DNA of 53,206 nt, from positions 1 to 53,206 of the forward strand of contig JAWQFW010000006.1 in the NCBI GenBank assembly GCA_035968095.1, in the 5' to 3' direction. The translations under genes were made by a program, and so were the position numbers. Of the stretch, positions 1-9,097 are shown piece after piece (position 1 is the first letter of the stretch; each line of letters opens with the position of its first letter). The notes under the pieces were generated by a model. That model ran no database searches and had not been told where the DNA came from. It saw nothing but the letters and a program-made list of their open reading frames with translations. Origin of the DNA: Oscillatoria sp. PMC 1068.18 (GTDB lineage Bacteria; Cyanobacteriota; Cyanobacteriia; Cyanobacteriales; SIO1D9).

Positions 1-76
1 TATCTGGAAGTAACCAGTTGACATAAGCTTCTGGATACTGTTCGGCGAGATATTTGCAAGTGTTGTCGTAAGCCAA
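1..76 (-). CDS. 5' end (partial, runs off window) of Rpn-family recombination-promoting nuclease/putative transposase-like protein
   Basis: Manual minus-strand translation from TTG at 76 gives (M)AYDNTCKYLAEQYPEAYVNWLLPD. This resembles the N-terminus typical of cyanobacterial Rpn/DUF4351-type proteins. Not in the ORF track. Confidence 0.65.
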   Translation of the reverse strand, partial: MAYDNTCKYLAEQYPEAYVNWLLPD

Positions 77-247
77 GAGTGAGTAGCAGTTGAAAGATTA
101 CTTTCTGATAATACTGGTTTTGGGGTTTAAAGGCGATTAGGCAGAGCCTAGCGCCCTAATGGGCGATCGCTAACAAATTCATGTTGCTCAAACAGTTTAG
201 GTGTCGTAATTTGATGCTAACTTGCTCTAAGTGTATGAGATTGAATC

Positions 248-553
248 ATGTCAATAAAGTATCATTTTGACTGGAATCCTGTTAAAGACCAGCAAAATCG
301 ACGTAAACATAATCTCAGTTTTCAACAAGCTGCAACTGTTTTTCGCGACCCATTCCAGTTATCAATTTATGATGAACACCATAGTGAAGATGAAGAGCGT
401 TGGATTACGATAGGATTGGATAACAGGGAAGTTTTGCGGGTTGTGGTACATACCTTTGAGATGTTCGATGAGTCATTTTGTGAAATCCGGATCGTTTCAG
501 CACGTAAAGCCACAACCGAAGAAGCACAAGTCTATTATCAAAGAAGATTATGA
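248..553 (+). CDS. brnT: BrnT family ribonuclease toxin
   Basis: FDWNPVK..N.RKH.LSF..A..VF.DP, HS..EERWITIG and IRIVSARKAT motifs; 101 aa. Confidence 0.9.
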   Translation: MSIKYHFDWNPVKDQQNRRKHNLSFQQAATVFRDPFQLSIYDEHHSEDEERWITIGLDNREVLRVVVHTFEMFDESFCEIRIVSARKATTEEAQVYYQRRL

Positions 554-744
554 AAGCAAATTATGATTTTTCTCAAGGAGAACAGGGAAAGTTTTATCGT
601 TCTGATGCGGTATTTGAGTTTCCTATTTATCTCGAACCTGATGTTAATCAGTTTATGAGAGAATTAGCAAAGACACAAGGAATTGAGGTTGAAATTTTGG
701 TCAATCAGTGGTTAAGAAGTCAGATTGAGCGAGTGCGCTCATAG
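550..744 (+). CDS. BrnA-like antitoxin (RHH/CopG-like C-terminus)
   Basis: ATGA 4-bp overlap with brnT; MK..YDFSQG..GKFY N-terminus; 64 aa. Confidence 0.8.
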   Translation: MKANYDFSQGEQGKFYRSDAVFEFPIYLEPDVNQFMRELAKTQGIEVEILVNQWLRSQIERVRS

Positions 745-781
745 TCAATAATTTGTTGTTTGTTATAGAAGCAAAAGTATT

Positions 782-3298
782 ATGCCAATTGATTTTGATA
801 AATTTACCCCTTCTAAACCCGTAAAAAAATTAATAGATCCTATTGAGATATTTCAGAACCTTAAAGTGAAAGACTCGGCGATTAACGATCTTTGGCTTGC
901 ACAAGGTGATGCTTTGCGAGACTGGCATTCTCAACGAAATTCTGAGGATGTCGCAATTATTTTAAATACTGGTGCTGGTAAAACATTAGTAGGTCTTCTC
1001 GCGGCACAGTCAATTGTTAATGAAACAAACGAGCGTGTTTTATATGCTTGTAGTTCTATTAATCTAGTAGAACAGACAGAGAGTAAAGCAAAGGGATATG
1101 GCTTAGAAATTGCAACGTATATTAAAGGAGAATATCGCAACAAGAGTTTATATCAACGTTGCCTAGCACCATGTGTAACAACTTATCAAGCTATTTTCAA
1201 TGGAAAATCTCGCTTTTTTCGAGAAAAACCTATAGCAATCATCTTTGACGATGCTCATGCAGCCGAGCATTTATTGCGAGATCATTTTACTCTCAAAATT
1301 AAACGGAATAATTTTACTGAACTATTTTCCAAAATTTTTGAGCTTTTCCGTAGCTATCATGAAAAAATAGGTAAGGGAATTAGCTACTCAGAAATTAATC
1401 ATAATAAAGATCGGAACACATATTTTTTTATTCCTCCTTTTTCTCTATATGAAAATTGTAATGAACTAAAGCGAATTCTTGTTGAAGCAAAGCTAAACAA
1501 CGAAATAGATACTATGTTTGCTTGGGAACATCTTAAGGATAAAATTGATTTATGTACTGTCTTTATCTCTGGTAAAGAAATTACAATTACTCCACCAATG
1601 GTACCTGTATCTCATTTCCTTTACTTTCAAAAAGGAATTCGCCGTATATATCTTTCCGCAACTTTATCAGCTAAAGATAAGTTTTTAAGAACCTTTGGAA
1701 AAAATCCTGAAATTATTGCTCCTAAAACTACTGCTGGAGAATGCGAAAGATTAATTATTATACCTTGTTTAAATCAAACATCTAATAGAGAAGATGATCT
1801 CGAAGTTGCCAAAGATATCATTAAAGATAAAAAAGCATTAATTTTAGTTCCTTCTTATCGACGCGCTGAAAAATGGTCAGATATAGCTTCAATAAACTCA
1901 ACTGATGAGGTAACTAAGCAAATTGGTTCTTTTAGGGAATCTCAGTCAACAGATAAACTTGTGCTAGCCAGTCGATATGATGGTATTGATTTACCTGGTG
2001 ATACTTGCCGAGTAATGGTTATTGATGATTTACCATCGAGTCTTAATATTATTGAAAAATATTTTTGGGAACAACTACAATTAGTTAAAAATATGCGCTC
2101 TGCAATTGCATCGAGAGTAGTGCAAGCATTTGGGCGAATTTCACGAGGAATGAGTGATTACGGTGTAGTTATAATTACTGGTGACAAGTTAACAGATTGG
2201 CTATTTGAAAAAGAAAATAAAGCTATTTTACCCTCGTTTTTAAAACAGCAAATTGAGGTAGGAATTGATATATCAGAGCAGGCAGAGTCTCTAAAAGACT
2301 TGATTGATTCTGCTTCCCAATGTTTAGACAGAGATGAAAAATGGGTTAACTATCATCAAAGAAATATTAGTACGAATATGGATAAACAAGATACTAATAT
2401 TGATGAAGATGCTCTGAAAATTGCAGAAGTGGAAGTTAAATTTATAAATGCTTTTTGGAAGCGTGACTATGAACAAGCAGCAAAAGTTTTACATGATTCG
2501 TTAGTAGAAACTTTTGAGTTAAGTAGTCATACTGGTGCATGGCATCACCTTTGGTTAGGTTATTGTTATGAACAAATAAACGATATTGAAAAAGCTTATG
2601 AATCCTATCGAGACGCACATAACACGGTTCCTAATATTCCCCCACCACTACCTAGTCACTATTATTCAGAGAGTGACTTGAGTTTGCCTACACAAGTTCT
2701 AGAAGTATCAAGATATTTAGATACTCGTAGCACTCAGATAAACAAGCAAATCCCTAAAAATTTTGATACTAACTTGGCTGTATTAAATGGGACAGGAACT
2801 TCAGGACAGACAGAAGAAACTTTACGATATTTGGGTCAATATTTGGGTTTTTCATCTAGTAGACCAGATAAGGAATATGGAACAGGTTCCGATGTTTTAT
2901 GGATATCAGAGAACAAAGAAGCTTTATGTTTAGAAGTTAAGACTGATAAAAAAGATGATTCTAAATATAAGAAAGAAGATATTGGTCAATTGAGAGATCA
3001 TATTCAATGGGTTAAAAATAAATATAAATTCAAAATAATTTACCCAGCTTTCGTTGGTTTATTAATTCCTCCATCCTCTTCTGCTAATCCTGACGCTGAA
3101 ATTCAAGTTATTCAATTAGAAGAATTTTACAAAATAGCGGAGCGTTTACGAGCAGCATTAAATGATATTTTAAATAAAAGTATTCCTAGCAATTTACCGC
3201 AGAATATTTTTGAGATATTTGAAGAAAGAAATTTGTTATGGGGTGATTTATACAGGAAAATCCAAAAAACCACTCTTGTTGAATTGAAAAGTAGATAA
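782..3298 (+). CDS. SF2 (DinG/XPD-like) helicase fused to C-terminal PD-(D/E)xK nuclease; Hna-like putative anti-phage protein
   Basis: Walker A LNTGAGKT, motif II IFDDAH, motif III LSAT, YDGIDLPGD, motif VI QAFGRISRG; C-terminal GSDVLW...LEVKT nuclease signature. Confidence 0.75.
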   Translation: MPIDFDKFTPSKPVKKLIDPIEIFQNLKVKDSAINDLWLAQGDALRDWHSQRNSEDVAIILNTGAGKTLVGLLAAQSIVNETNERVLYACSSINLVEQTESKAKGYGLEIATYIKGEYRNKSLYQRCLAPCVTTYQAIFNGKSRFFREKPIAIIFDDAHAAEHLLRDHFTLKIKRNNFTELFSKIFELFRSYHEKIGKGISYSEINHNKDRNTYFFIPPFSLYENCNELKRILVEAKLNNEIDTMFAWEHLKDKIDLCTVFISGKEITITPPMVPVSHFLYFQKGIRRIYLSATLSAKDKFLRTFGKNPEIIAPKTTAGECERLIIIPCLNQTSNREDDLEVAKDIIKDKKALILVPSYRRAEKWSDIASINSTDEVTKQIGSFRESQSTDKLVLASRYDGIDLPGDTCRVMVIDDLPSSLNIIEKYFWEQLQLVKNMRSAIASRVVQAFGRISRGMSDYGVVIITGDKLTDWLFEKENKAILPSFLKQQIEVGIDISEQAESLKDLIDSASQCLDRDEKWVNYHQRNISTNMDKQDTNIDEDALKIAEVEVKFINAFWKRDYEQAAKVLHDSLVETFELSSHTGAWHHLWLGYCYEQINDIEKAYESYRDAHNTVPNIPPPLPSHYYSESDLSLPTQVLEVSRYLDTRSTQINKQIPKNFDTNLAVLNGTGTSGQTEETLRYLGQYLGFSSSRPDKEYGTGSDVLWISENKEALCLEVKTDKKDDSKYKKEDIGQLRDHIQWVKNKYKFKIIYPAFVGLLIPPSSSANPDAEIQVIQLEEFYKIAERLRAALNDILNKSIPSNLPQNIFEIFEERNLLWGDLYRKIQKTTLVELKSR

Positions 3299-3370
3299 AA
3301 AAATTAAATTAGTTTAGCCGATCTTTACGATCGCGTCAATTTCCCCTCCAACTAGCTAAGTGTAAAAATT

Positions 3371-4915
3371 ATGACAGAAACAAGCGAAACAGATATAGTG
3401 GTTATTGGTAGCGGTATTGGTGGCTTATCCTCTGCGGCACTTCTAGCTCGTTATGGCTTTGAGGTAGTTGTTTGCGAAAGTCACTCAATCCCCGGCGGTG
3501 CTGCTCATGCTTTTACCCGTAATGGCTATAAATTTGATTCGGGACCTTCGTTACATTCAGGTTTATCTTACAGTCCTTCAACGAATCCGTTACGACAAGT
3601 TTTAGATGCAATTGGGGAAGAATTACCCTGCGTGACTTATGATACTTGGGGTTGTTTGTTACCCGAAGGAAACTTTCCCGCTACTGTGGGTGCAGACAAA
3701 TTTTGTGAGGTTTTGCAACAAGTTGGTGGGGAAAATGCGATCGCCCAATGGCGCAAACTTCAAAAAGCGATGCACCCCTTTGCAAATGCGGCTGTAGCTA
3801 TTCCTCCTGCGGCTTTACGCTTCGATCTCGGTGCAATTTTGACTGCGGGGAGGTTTGCCCCGGCTTTGCTGCGTCATACGGCGAATATCGCTAAACTTAG
3901 CGGAGCTTTTTCCCGAATTATGGACGAAACGGTTACAGATCCGTTTATTCGTAACTGGCTGAACCTCCTTTGTTTTATGCTCTCAGGGCTGCCTGCTGAG
4001 GGAACCAGTGCCGCAGAAATGGCTTTTATGTTTGCTGAGTGGTATCGCCCGGATGTCGTCTTAGATTACCCAGTAGGCGGCGGTGGGGCGCTGGTAGAAG
4101 CTTTGGTAAGAGGTTTGCAGCGTTATCGCGGGGAGTTACTGCTTTCTACTCATGTTAAAGAAATTTTGGTAGCCGGAAATCGCGCAGTTGGAGTAAATTT
4201 ACGCAACGGGAAACAAATTAAAGCGCGTCGGGCTGTGATTTCCAATGCTTCGACTTGGGATACACTGAAGTTACTCCCCCAAACAGCTTTATCGACAAAA
4301 GAAAGAATTACACGCGAAACTACCCCCGAATGTAACAGTTTCATGCACTTACATCTCGGTATCGACGGCAAAAATTTACCAGACGATTTACATTGTCACT
4401 ATCTCGTCGTTAATAATTGGGAGATAACTGCACCGCAAAATGTTGTCGCAATTTCGATTCCTTCCTTACTAGATTCTAGTTTAGCGCCGCCAGGAAAACA
4501 CAATATTCATGTTTATACACCAGCTACGGAACCTTATCAACTGTGGTCAGAATTAGATCGTAACTCAGAAGAATACGATCGCCTCAAACAACAACGCGCT
4601 GAAGTTATGTGGCAAGCTTTAGCCCGGATTATACCCGATATCCGCGATCGCTGCGAACTAACTTTGATTGGGACACCGCTAACCCACGCTCGTTTCCTCA
4701 GAAGATATCATGGTAGTTACGGTCCCGCAATATCCGCCGGAAAAGGCTTTTTTCCCGGTCATAAAACCAGTTTACCAGGATTGCTTTGTTGTGGAGATTC
4801 CACATTTCCCGGCATTGGTTTACCCGCAGTCGCCGCTAGTGGGATGATGGTAGCAAATCAACTTGCACCTGTATCCAAGCAGTTAGAGATGCTACAAGAA
4901 ATTGGTTGCATTTAA
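3371..4915 (+). CDS. FAD-dependent oxidoreductase, phytoene desaturase/carotenoid isomerase-like family
   Basis: GSGIGGL Rossmann motif, GG.AH.F.RNGYKFDSGPS, C-terminal CGDSTFPGIGLPAVAASG. Confidence 0.85.
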   Translation: MTETSETDIVVIGSGIGGLSSAALLARYGFEVVVCESHSIPGGAAHAFTRNGYKFDSGPSLHSGLSYSPSTNPLRQVLDAIGEELPCVTYDTWGCLLPEGNFPATVGADKFCEVLQQVGGENAIAQWRKLQKAMHPFANAAVAIPPAALRFDLGAILTAGRFAPALLRHTANIAKLSGAFSRIMDETVTDPFIRNWLNLLCFMLSGLPAEGTSAAEMAFMFAEWYRPDVVLDYPVGGGGALVEALVRGLQRYRGELLLSTHVKEILVAGNRAVGVNLRNGKQIKARRAVISNASTWDTLKLLPQTALSTKERITRETTPECNSFMHLHLGIDGKNLPDDLHCHYLVVNNWEITAPQNVVAISIPSLLDSSLAPPGKHNIHVYTPATEPYQLWSELDRNSEEYDRLKQQRAEVMWQALARIIPDIRDRCELTLIGTPLTHARFLRRYHGSYGPAISAGKGFFPGHKTSLPGLLCCGDSTFPGIGLPAVAASGMMVANQLAPVSKQLEMLQEIGCI

Positions 4916-4997
4916 GGCGATCGCCCTTCTCTGACTCAAACGAGGTAAAATTATCTGAGAAGGTAAATTGGCATAACTCATCCAACCACAAAGACAA

Positions 4998-5960
4998 TTA
5001 TCTTTTTGCAGCGACAATTTCCCGCAAAGTCTGCTCAACACTGCGAGGTTGCCAACCTAAATCTTGACGCGCTTTCGTTGCATCCACACGCACACAGCGA
5101 TCGTAAATATAGTGTACTCTTTCTCGGCTCAAAGGCGGTTGCCAATTTAACAATTTACCAATTGGATCGAGAACATTTCCGACTAATCTAACTATAGCTT
5201 GAGGAGTTTCACCAGGGGCAGGAATTCCCGTTTCTTGACTGAGAAAAGCAAACATTTCTTCGGTAGTTAATTCCCCCGCCGAAATGATATATTTAGCACC
5301 AGGTTCACCTTTTTCTGCTGCTAAAAGCATCGCCATAACCAAATCGTCTACATGAACAATTCCCGTCACGCGAGATCCTCCCGCCCACAATTTTAACCCT
5401 CCCTTCAGAAATTGGTCAATAACCGGACCAAAATGAGGGTCATCTGCACCGAAAATTCCCGACGGTAACACACTCACCACAGGTAAACCTTGCGCGGCAA
5501 ATTCAGCTACTAATTGCTGGGCTGCGTATTTTGTGCGATCGTAAGCAGAAGAAAAGTCTTTTTGTTGTCTAATAAAAGTTTCATCAACAACTTCACCTTT
5601 AGTGTCACCAAATACACCAATCGTACTGCAATAAACCATTTTCTTAATTTTAGCAGCTTGGGCAGTTTCTAATACAGCGCGAGTTCCTTCGACGTTCACT
5701 TTTGCCATTTTCTCGGCATTAACTAAGCCTAATTCCACATAAGCTGCGGTATGAAAAACCCAGTCTACATCTTTCATTCCATCACCTAAAGCTTCTCTGT
5801 CGGTAATGTCACCATAAACTAATTTAATTGGGTAATCACCGAGACGTTCTAAGTTACTTGTTTTGCGAACCAAACCAACAACTTCATGACCTTTTTCTAG
5901 TAATAATTTTACTAAATGAGAGCCTGTAAATCCATTAGCCCCTGTTACAAATGCTTTCAT
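4998..5960 (-). CDS. NAD(P)-dependent epimerase/dehydratase (extended SDR, HpnA/DFR-like); candidate 3-keto-lipid reductase
   Basis: TGANGFTG, VFHTAA, YCST, catalytic YDRTK (YxxxK). The reductase role is inferred from context. Confidence 0.85.
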   Translation of the reverse strand: MKAFVTGANGFTGSHLVKLLLEKGHEVVGLVRKTSNLERLGDYPIKLVYGDITDREALGDGMKDVDWVFHTAAYVELGLVNAEKMAKVNVEGTRAVLETAQAAKIKKMVYCSTIGVFGDTKGEVVDETFIRQQKDFSSAYDRTKYAAQQLVAEFAAQGLPVVSVLPSGIFGADDPHFGPVIDQFLKGGLKLWAGGSRVTGIVHVDDLVMAMLLAAEKGEPGAKYIISAGELTTEEMFAFLSQETGIPAPGETPQAIVRLVGNVLDPIGKLLNWQPPLSRERVHYIYDRCVRVDATKARQDLGWQPRSVEQTLREIVAAKR

Positions 5961-6087
5961 AATATTTTTTGATATTTAATAGTTAAAAATTGGTAATTCA
6001 AGACTGAGCAATTGGGAATTTAGAAATTTATAATTGGCGAAAAAATTATGATTATATGAAATGGAAAATAAAATGCTAGGTCTGCTA

Positions 6088-6117
6088 TGTAGAGACTTTT
6101 GAGGCAACTTCTGTACA
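6088..6117. repeat. Degenerate copy of GTAGAGAC..GTCTCTAC REP-like palindromic repeat
   Basis: tgtagagacttttgaggcaacttctgtaca; resembles the perfect copy at 49373-49398. Confidence 0.55.
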
Positions 6118-6332
6118 AAATAATGATGTATAGCAAACATTTGTGTATTTCATATTATCTAGATTTAGCTAATAGTTACTTTCAAATTTATGCGAGCTTT
6201 ATAGTTACCATTTCCTAATTACTAATTCACAGTTTACAGTCCCCTTAATTGGAAATTTATTAACTTATAATTGGCGAGAAAGTTATCAGTTATTTAGAGT
6301 TGGTTAATAGTTATCTTCAACTTGATTCGAGT

Positions 6333-6448
6333 TTCCCAATTCCCAATCCCCAATCACCAATTCCCAATCCCCAATCACCAATTCCCAATCCCCAATCCTC
6401 CAATTCCGCCAATTCCCCCAATTCCCCTAATTCCTAATCCCTAACCCC
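6333..6448. repeat. STRR-type heptamer tandem repeat (CCCAATC/CCAATTC variants)
   Basis: Direct reading: ttcccaattcccaatccccaatcaccaa... ; overlaps the stop codon of 6434-7582. Confidence 0.9.
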
Positions 6449-7582
6449 TATTTTCTTCTCATAAATACGGTAAGTTTTGTCCAATTTTCCGCCCGATGCT
6501 TCAATTAAACGACGCGAAGGTAAATTACTTTCAAAAACGTGACCCAATTCCGCATATTTGTAGGGTTTACCTTTTTTAGTTGCTCCTTGAAGTCCTAAAT
6601 AAATTAACGCTAAAGGAACCATTTTGCGCCGATATTCTGGTAGAGAACAAATAATTACGACTCTCCCTCGGTCAATTTGTCGCCGATACCAGAGAAACTT
6701 CAGTTTTCCCCAGAAATTTAGTTTGCCGTTAAGATATTTTAGGGGAATATTATAATCAGGTAAACCCATAAAAAAGCCAATCATTTCACCATTATCTTCA
6801 GCGATATAAAAAGCATCTGCATCGACTAAAGTTTGTAACGATTTTGCTTCTTCAAGAAACTCCTCTTCGGTACGAGGAGTGGAACTATAGTTGTTAGCAA
6901 AACACTTATTAAAAAGCCGATAAAGCCGCAGCGCATCTGCCTCGAAAGCTTTACCTTTGAGATTAATTTGGCGAAAACTGATTCCCGATTTCCAAGCAAT
7001 GCGATAAGCTTTCGAGAACTTTTCTGGTAATGGTTGATCTAAAGGAAATTTATACGCATAAGCATCTTCTGCCTTTTCCCATCCTAATTGTTCCATAAAT
7101 TGAGGATAATAAGCAGGATTATAAGGCATCATTACCATTGGTGGTTCATCAAAGCCATCGACCAAAAATAAACATTTATTGTGAGTAGAAAGATCGATGG
7201 GTCCGCGAACCAGTGTCATTCCTTGTGCTTTTAACCAGTCACAAGCAGCAGCAATCAGGGCTTGGGCTATTTCCAAGTTTTCAATACATTCAAAAAAGCC
7301 AAATAAACCTACATTTTGACCTTCTTTTTCCACTAAACGTTGATTAACCGCAGCGACAATTCTCCCTACCGGAATTGAATCTTTGAGGGCAAGAAACTGC
7401 TGTAGTTGACCATATTTGAAGAAAGGATTGCTGGGTGCAAATTGCTTGGCGATTTCGCTACGCAAGGGGGCTACCCAGTGGGGGTCGTCGCGGTAAACAA
7501 GGGCTGGTACATCCAGAAACTTTGCCAAATCTTCTGGAGTAATAACAGCCCGAATTTCCAAATTTTCTGTTGACTTAGACAC
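6434..7582 (-). CDS. GNAT-fold N-acyltransferase, YghO/bacterial ceramide synthase (bCerS)-like
   Basis: Y.DDP.WVAPL, NPFF, FLA...PVGRI.A, G.FGFFE, WL...G...VRGP, GFD.PP.VMMPYN..YY, C-terminal E.N...K.YRIY motifs; GTG start 4 bp after the AOS gene stop. Confidence 0.75.
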   Translation of the reverse strand: MSKSTENLEIRAVITPEDLAKFLDVPALVYRDDPHWVAPLRSEIAKQFAPSNPFFKYGQLQQFLALKDSIPVGRIVAAVNQRLVEKEGQNVGLFGFFECIENLEIAQALIAAACDWLKAQGMTLVRGPIDLSTHNKCLFLVDGFDEPPMVMMPYNPAYYPQFMEQLGWEKAEDAYAYKFPLDQPLPEKFSKAYRIAWKSGISFRQINLKGKAFEADALRLYRLFNKCFANNYSSTPRTEEEFLEEAKSLQTLVDADAFYIAEDNGEMIGFFMGLPDYNIPLKYLNGKLNFWGKLKFLWYRRQIDRGRVVIICSLPEYRRKMVPLALIYLGLQGATKKGKPYKYAELGHVFESNLPSRRLIEASGGKLDKTYRIYEKKIGVRD

Positions 7583-7586
7583 TTAT

Positions 7587-8867
7587 TTATGCACTAATTG
7601 TGGGTCGATAAAGTAAGTCTCGCGTTGCTACTAAAGCAGCAATTAAACGATCCATTTCTTCTTGAGTATGGAGCGAATTTACAGTAATGCGGAGACGAGG
7701 TTTGGCGATAAACCAAATTGGTGAAATCCAAATCCCGTGGCTTTCCATCATCTCGCGAGCAAAGATTTTCGGATTAATTTCTGGTGGTAAAATGATTGGA
7801 ACAACATTAGTTTCACCGATCGCGGAAAAACCTGTTTCTGCGAGACGAGTTCGCAGGTAACGAGTATTAGCTTGCAACTTCTGCACCAATTCAGGAAATT
7901 GACGCACTTGACGAATACTCTCCAAAGCCGCAGCCGTATTTGGTGCTGGTAAAGAAATTGTCCCAATAGAAGTAGGAGAAACGTTCAACAAAGGTTTAAA
8001 TTCAGCGACATGAGTGCTGATGGCGGCTCCAGCCGAAGCTGCAAATTTAGAGAAAGTGGTTAAAATCAAGGGAACGATACCACGCGCGATCGCCTCTTGG
8101 GGTAAAATCCCGAAATGTTCGTAAATTCCCCTTCCCGTTGCACCAATCGCACCGCTAGCGTGAGCTTCGTCCATTAATAACACGCTACCAGGATAATTTT
8201 CCAGTACGTCTAACATTTCTGGGAGAGGAGCAATATCTCCGTCCATCGAGAAGACTGCATCAGAAACTACCAGAATTCGGTCATCAGGACGAGCATATCG
8301 CTTTAATTTCCGAGCTAAATCCTCCACGTTGCAGTGACGATAAGCTTTGACTCGTACTTGGGGACTATGACCAAATACTTTACCAGAACGAGTCCCCGCA
8401 TTAACTACCGCCGAGACGATACAACCGTGGTTGAGAACATCGGTCATAATTAAAGTCTCTCTGGTATGCTGAAACCCTGGAACCGGAATTGCCAGATGAC
8501 AAAAAGCATCTACTAAAGCCTGCATCGCCATCCAAGCGTTGAGAAACAGTTGGGTGTGGGGTAGATGCTTAAACTGAGAAATTTCCTCTTCTAGTTGACG
8601 GTGTAAGTCAATGCGACCGCTCAAAACCGAGCAGGAACTATTTGACGTACCATATTGCATAATTGAATCTATGGCTGCTTGTTTGACTCGTTCTGATTGA
8701 GTCAAACCTAAAACGTCGTTAGTGCAGAAAGTTAGCACTTTTTGACGTTTGCCAGTATTTTGCGCTTCAATTTCAACTAGATTACCTTGTTTGGCATGAC
8801 AAATAAATTCATCTGGATCTAGCCCGCTTTCGTACCAGCGCTGAACGTACTCTTTCACAACTTGCAC
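7587..8867 (-). CDS. PLP-dependent alpha-oxoamine synthase (SPT/BioF/Kbl family), serine-palmitoyltransferase-like
   Basis: D.LNH, YRHCN, SDAVFSMDGD, DEAHASG, PLP lysine in TTFSK, RLRITV; GTG start with GAGGAG SD. Confidence 0.85.
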   Translation of the reverse strand: MQVVKEYVQRWYESGLDPDEFICHAKQGNLVEIEAQNTGKRQKVLTFCTNDVLGLTQSERVKQAAIDSIMQYGTSNSSCSVLSGRIDLHRQLEEEISQFKHLPHTQLFLNAWMAMQALVDAFCHLAIPVPGFQHTRETLIMTDVLNHGCIVSAVVNAGTRSGKVFGHSPQVRVKAYRHCNVEDLARKLKRYARPDDRILVVSDAVFSMDGDIAPLPEMLDVLENYPGSVLLMDEAHASGAIGATGRGIYEHFGILPQEAIARGIVPLILTTFSKFAASAGAAISTHVAEFKPLLNVSPTSIGTISLPAPNTAAALESIRQVRQFPELVQKLQANTRYLRTRLAETGFSAIGETNVVPIILPPEINPKIFAREMMESHGIWISPIWFIAKPRLRITVNSLHTQEEMDRLIAALVATRDLLYRPTISA

Positions 8868-9097
8868 GGATTTACTCCTCTCACCTGTTTGATACCATTT
8901 GGCAAAGTTAGTTTACACTTCCATTGTTTAGAAACTTGAAGTATGGTAGCAGTCTACAGCTATAATTCAAAGACTCGCTTGGTGGTAGATTGTTCATTTT
9001 TTCTGGTGAGTTTTGCTAAAAAGCCTCATTAGTTGGGTGTTGAAGAGGGAATTTTGGCGGGGCGAGGGAAAGCGGAATTTAGTCAAAAATTGTGGAT

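Noticed and set aside
782-3298. Hachiman HamB or type III restriction subunit
   Set aside because: There is no HamA or methyltransferase partner, and the motifs (DDAH, QAFGR..R) plus the C-terminal nuclease fit a DinG-like stand-alone protein better.
3371-4915. Calling this crtH or including it in the lipid cluster
   Set aside because: The motifs look like the CrtISO-like paralogue family rather than bona fide CrtH. It is convergent with the cluster and I have no evidence of linkage.
4998-5960. hpnA (hopanoid-associated epimerase)
   Set aside because: Same family, but there are no hopanoid genes (shc, hpnC/D/E) in the window.
6333-6448. Tandem repeats here and at 14899, 41387 and 53123 as possible CRISPR arrays
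   Set aside because: They are contiguous 7-bp units with no unique spacers, and there are no cas genes; typical cyanobacterial STRRs.
7587-8867. Naming the gene bioF or spt outright
   Set aside because: No other biotin genes are nearby and the motifs are atypical. The context favours lipid synthesis, but the substrate cannot be read from sequence, so no symbol is given.
4998-8867. Capnine/sulfonolipid (CapABC) pathway
   Set aside because: No cysteate synthase (CapA-like) gene in the window; not excluded if it is encoded elsewhere.
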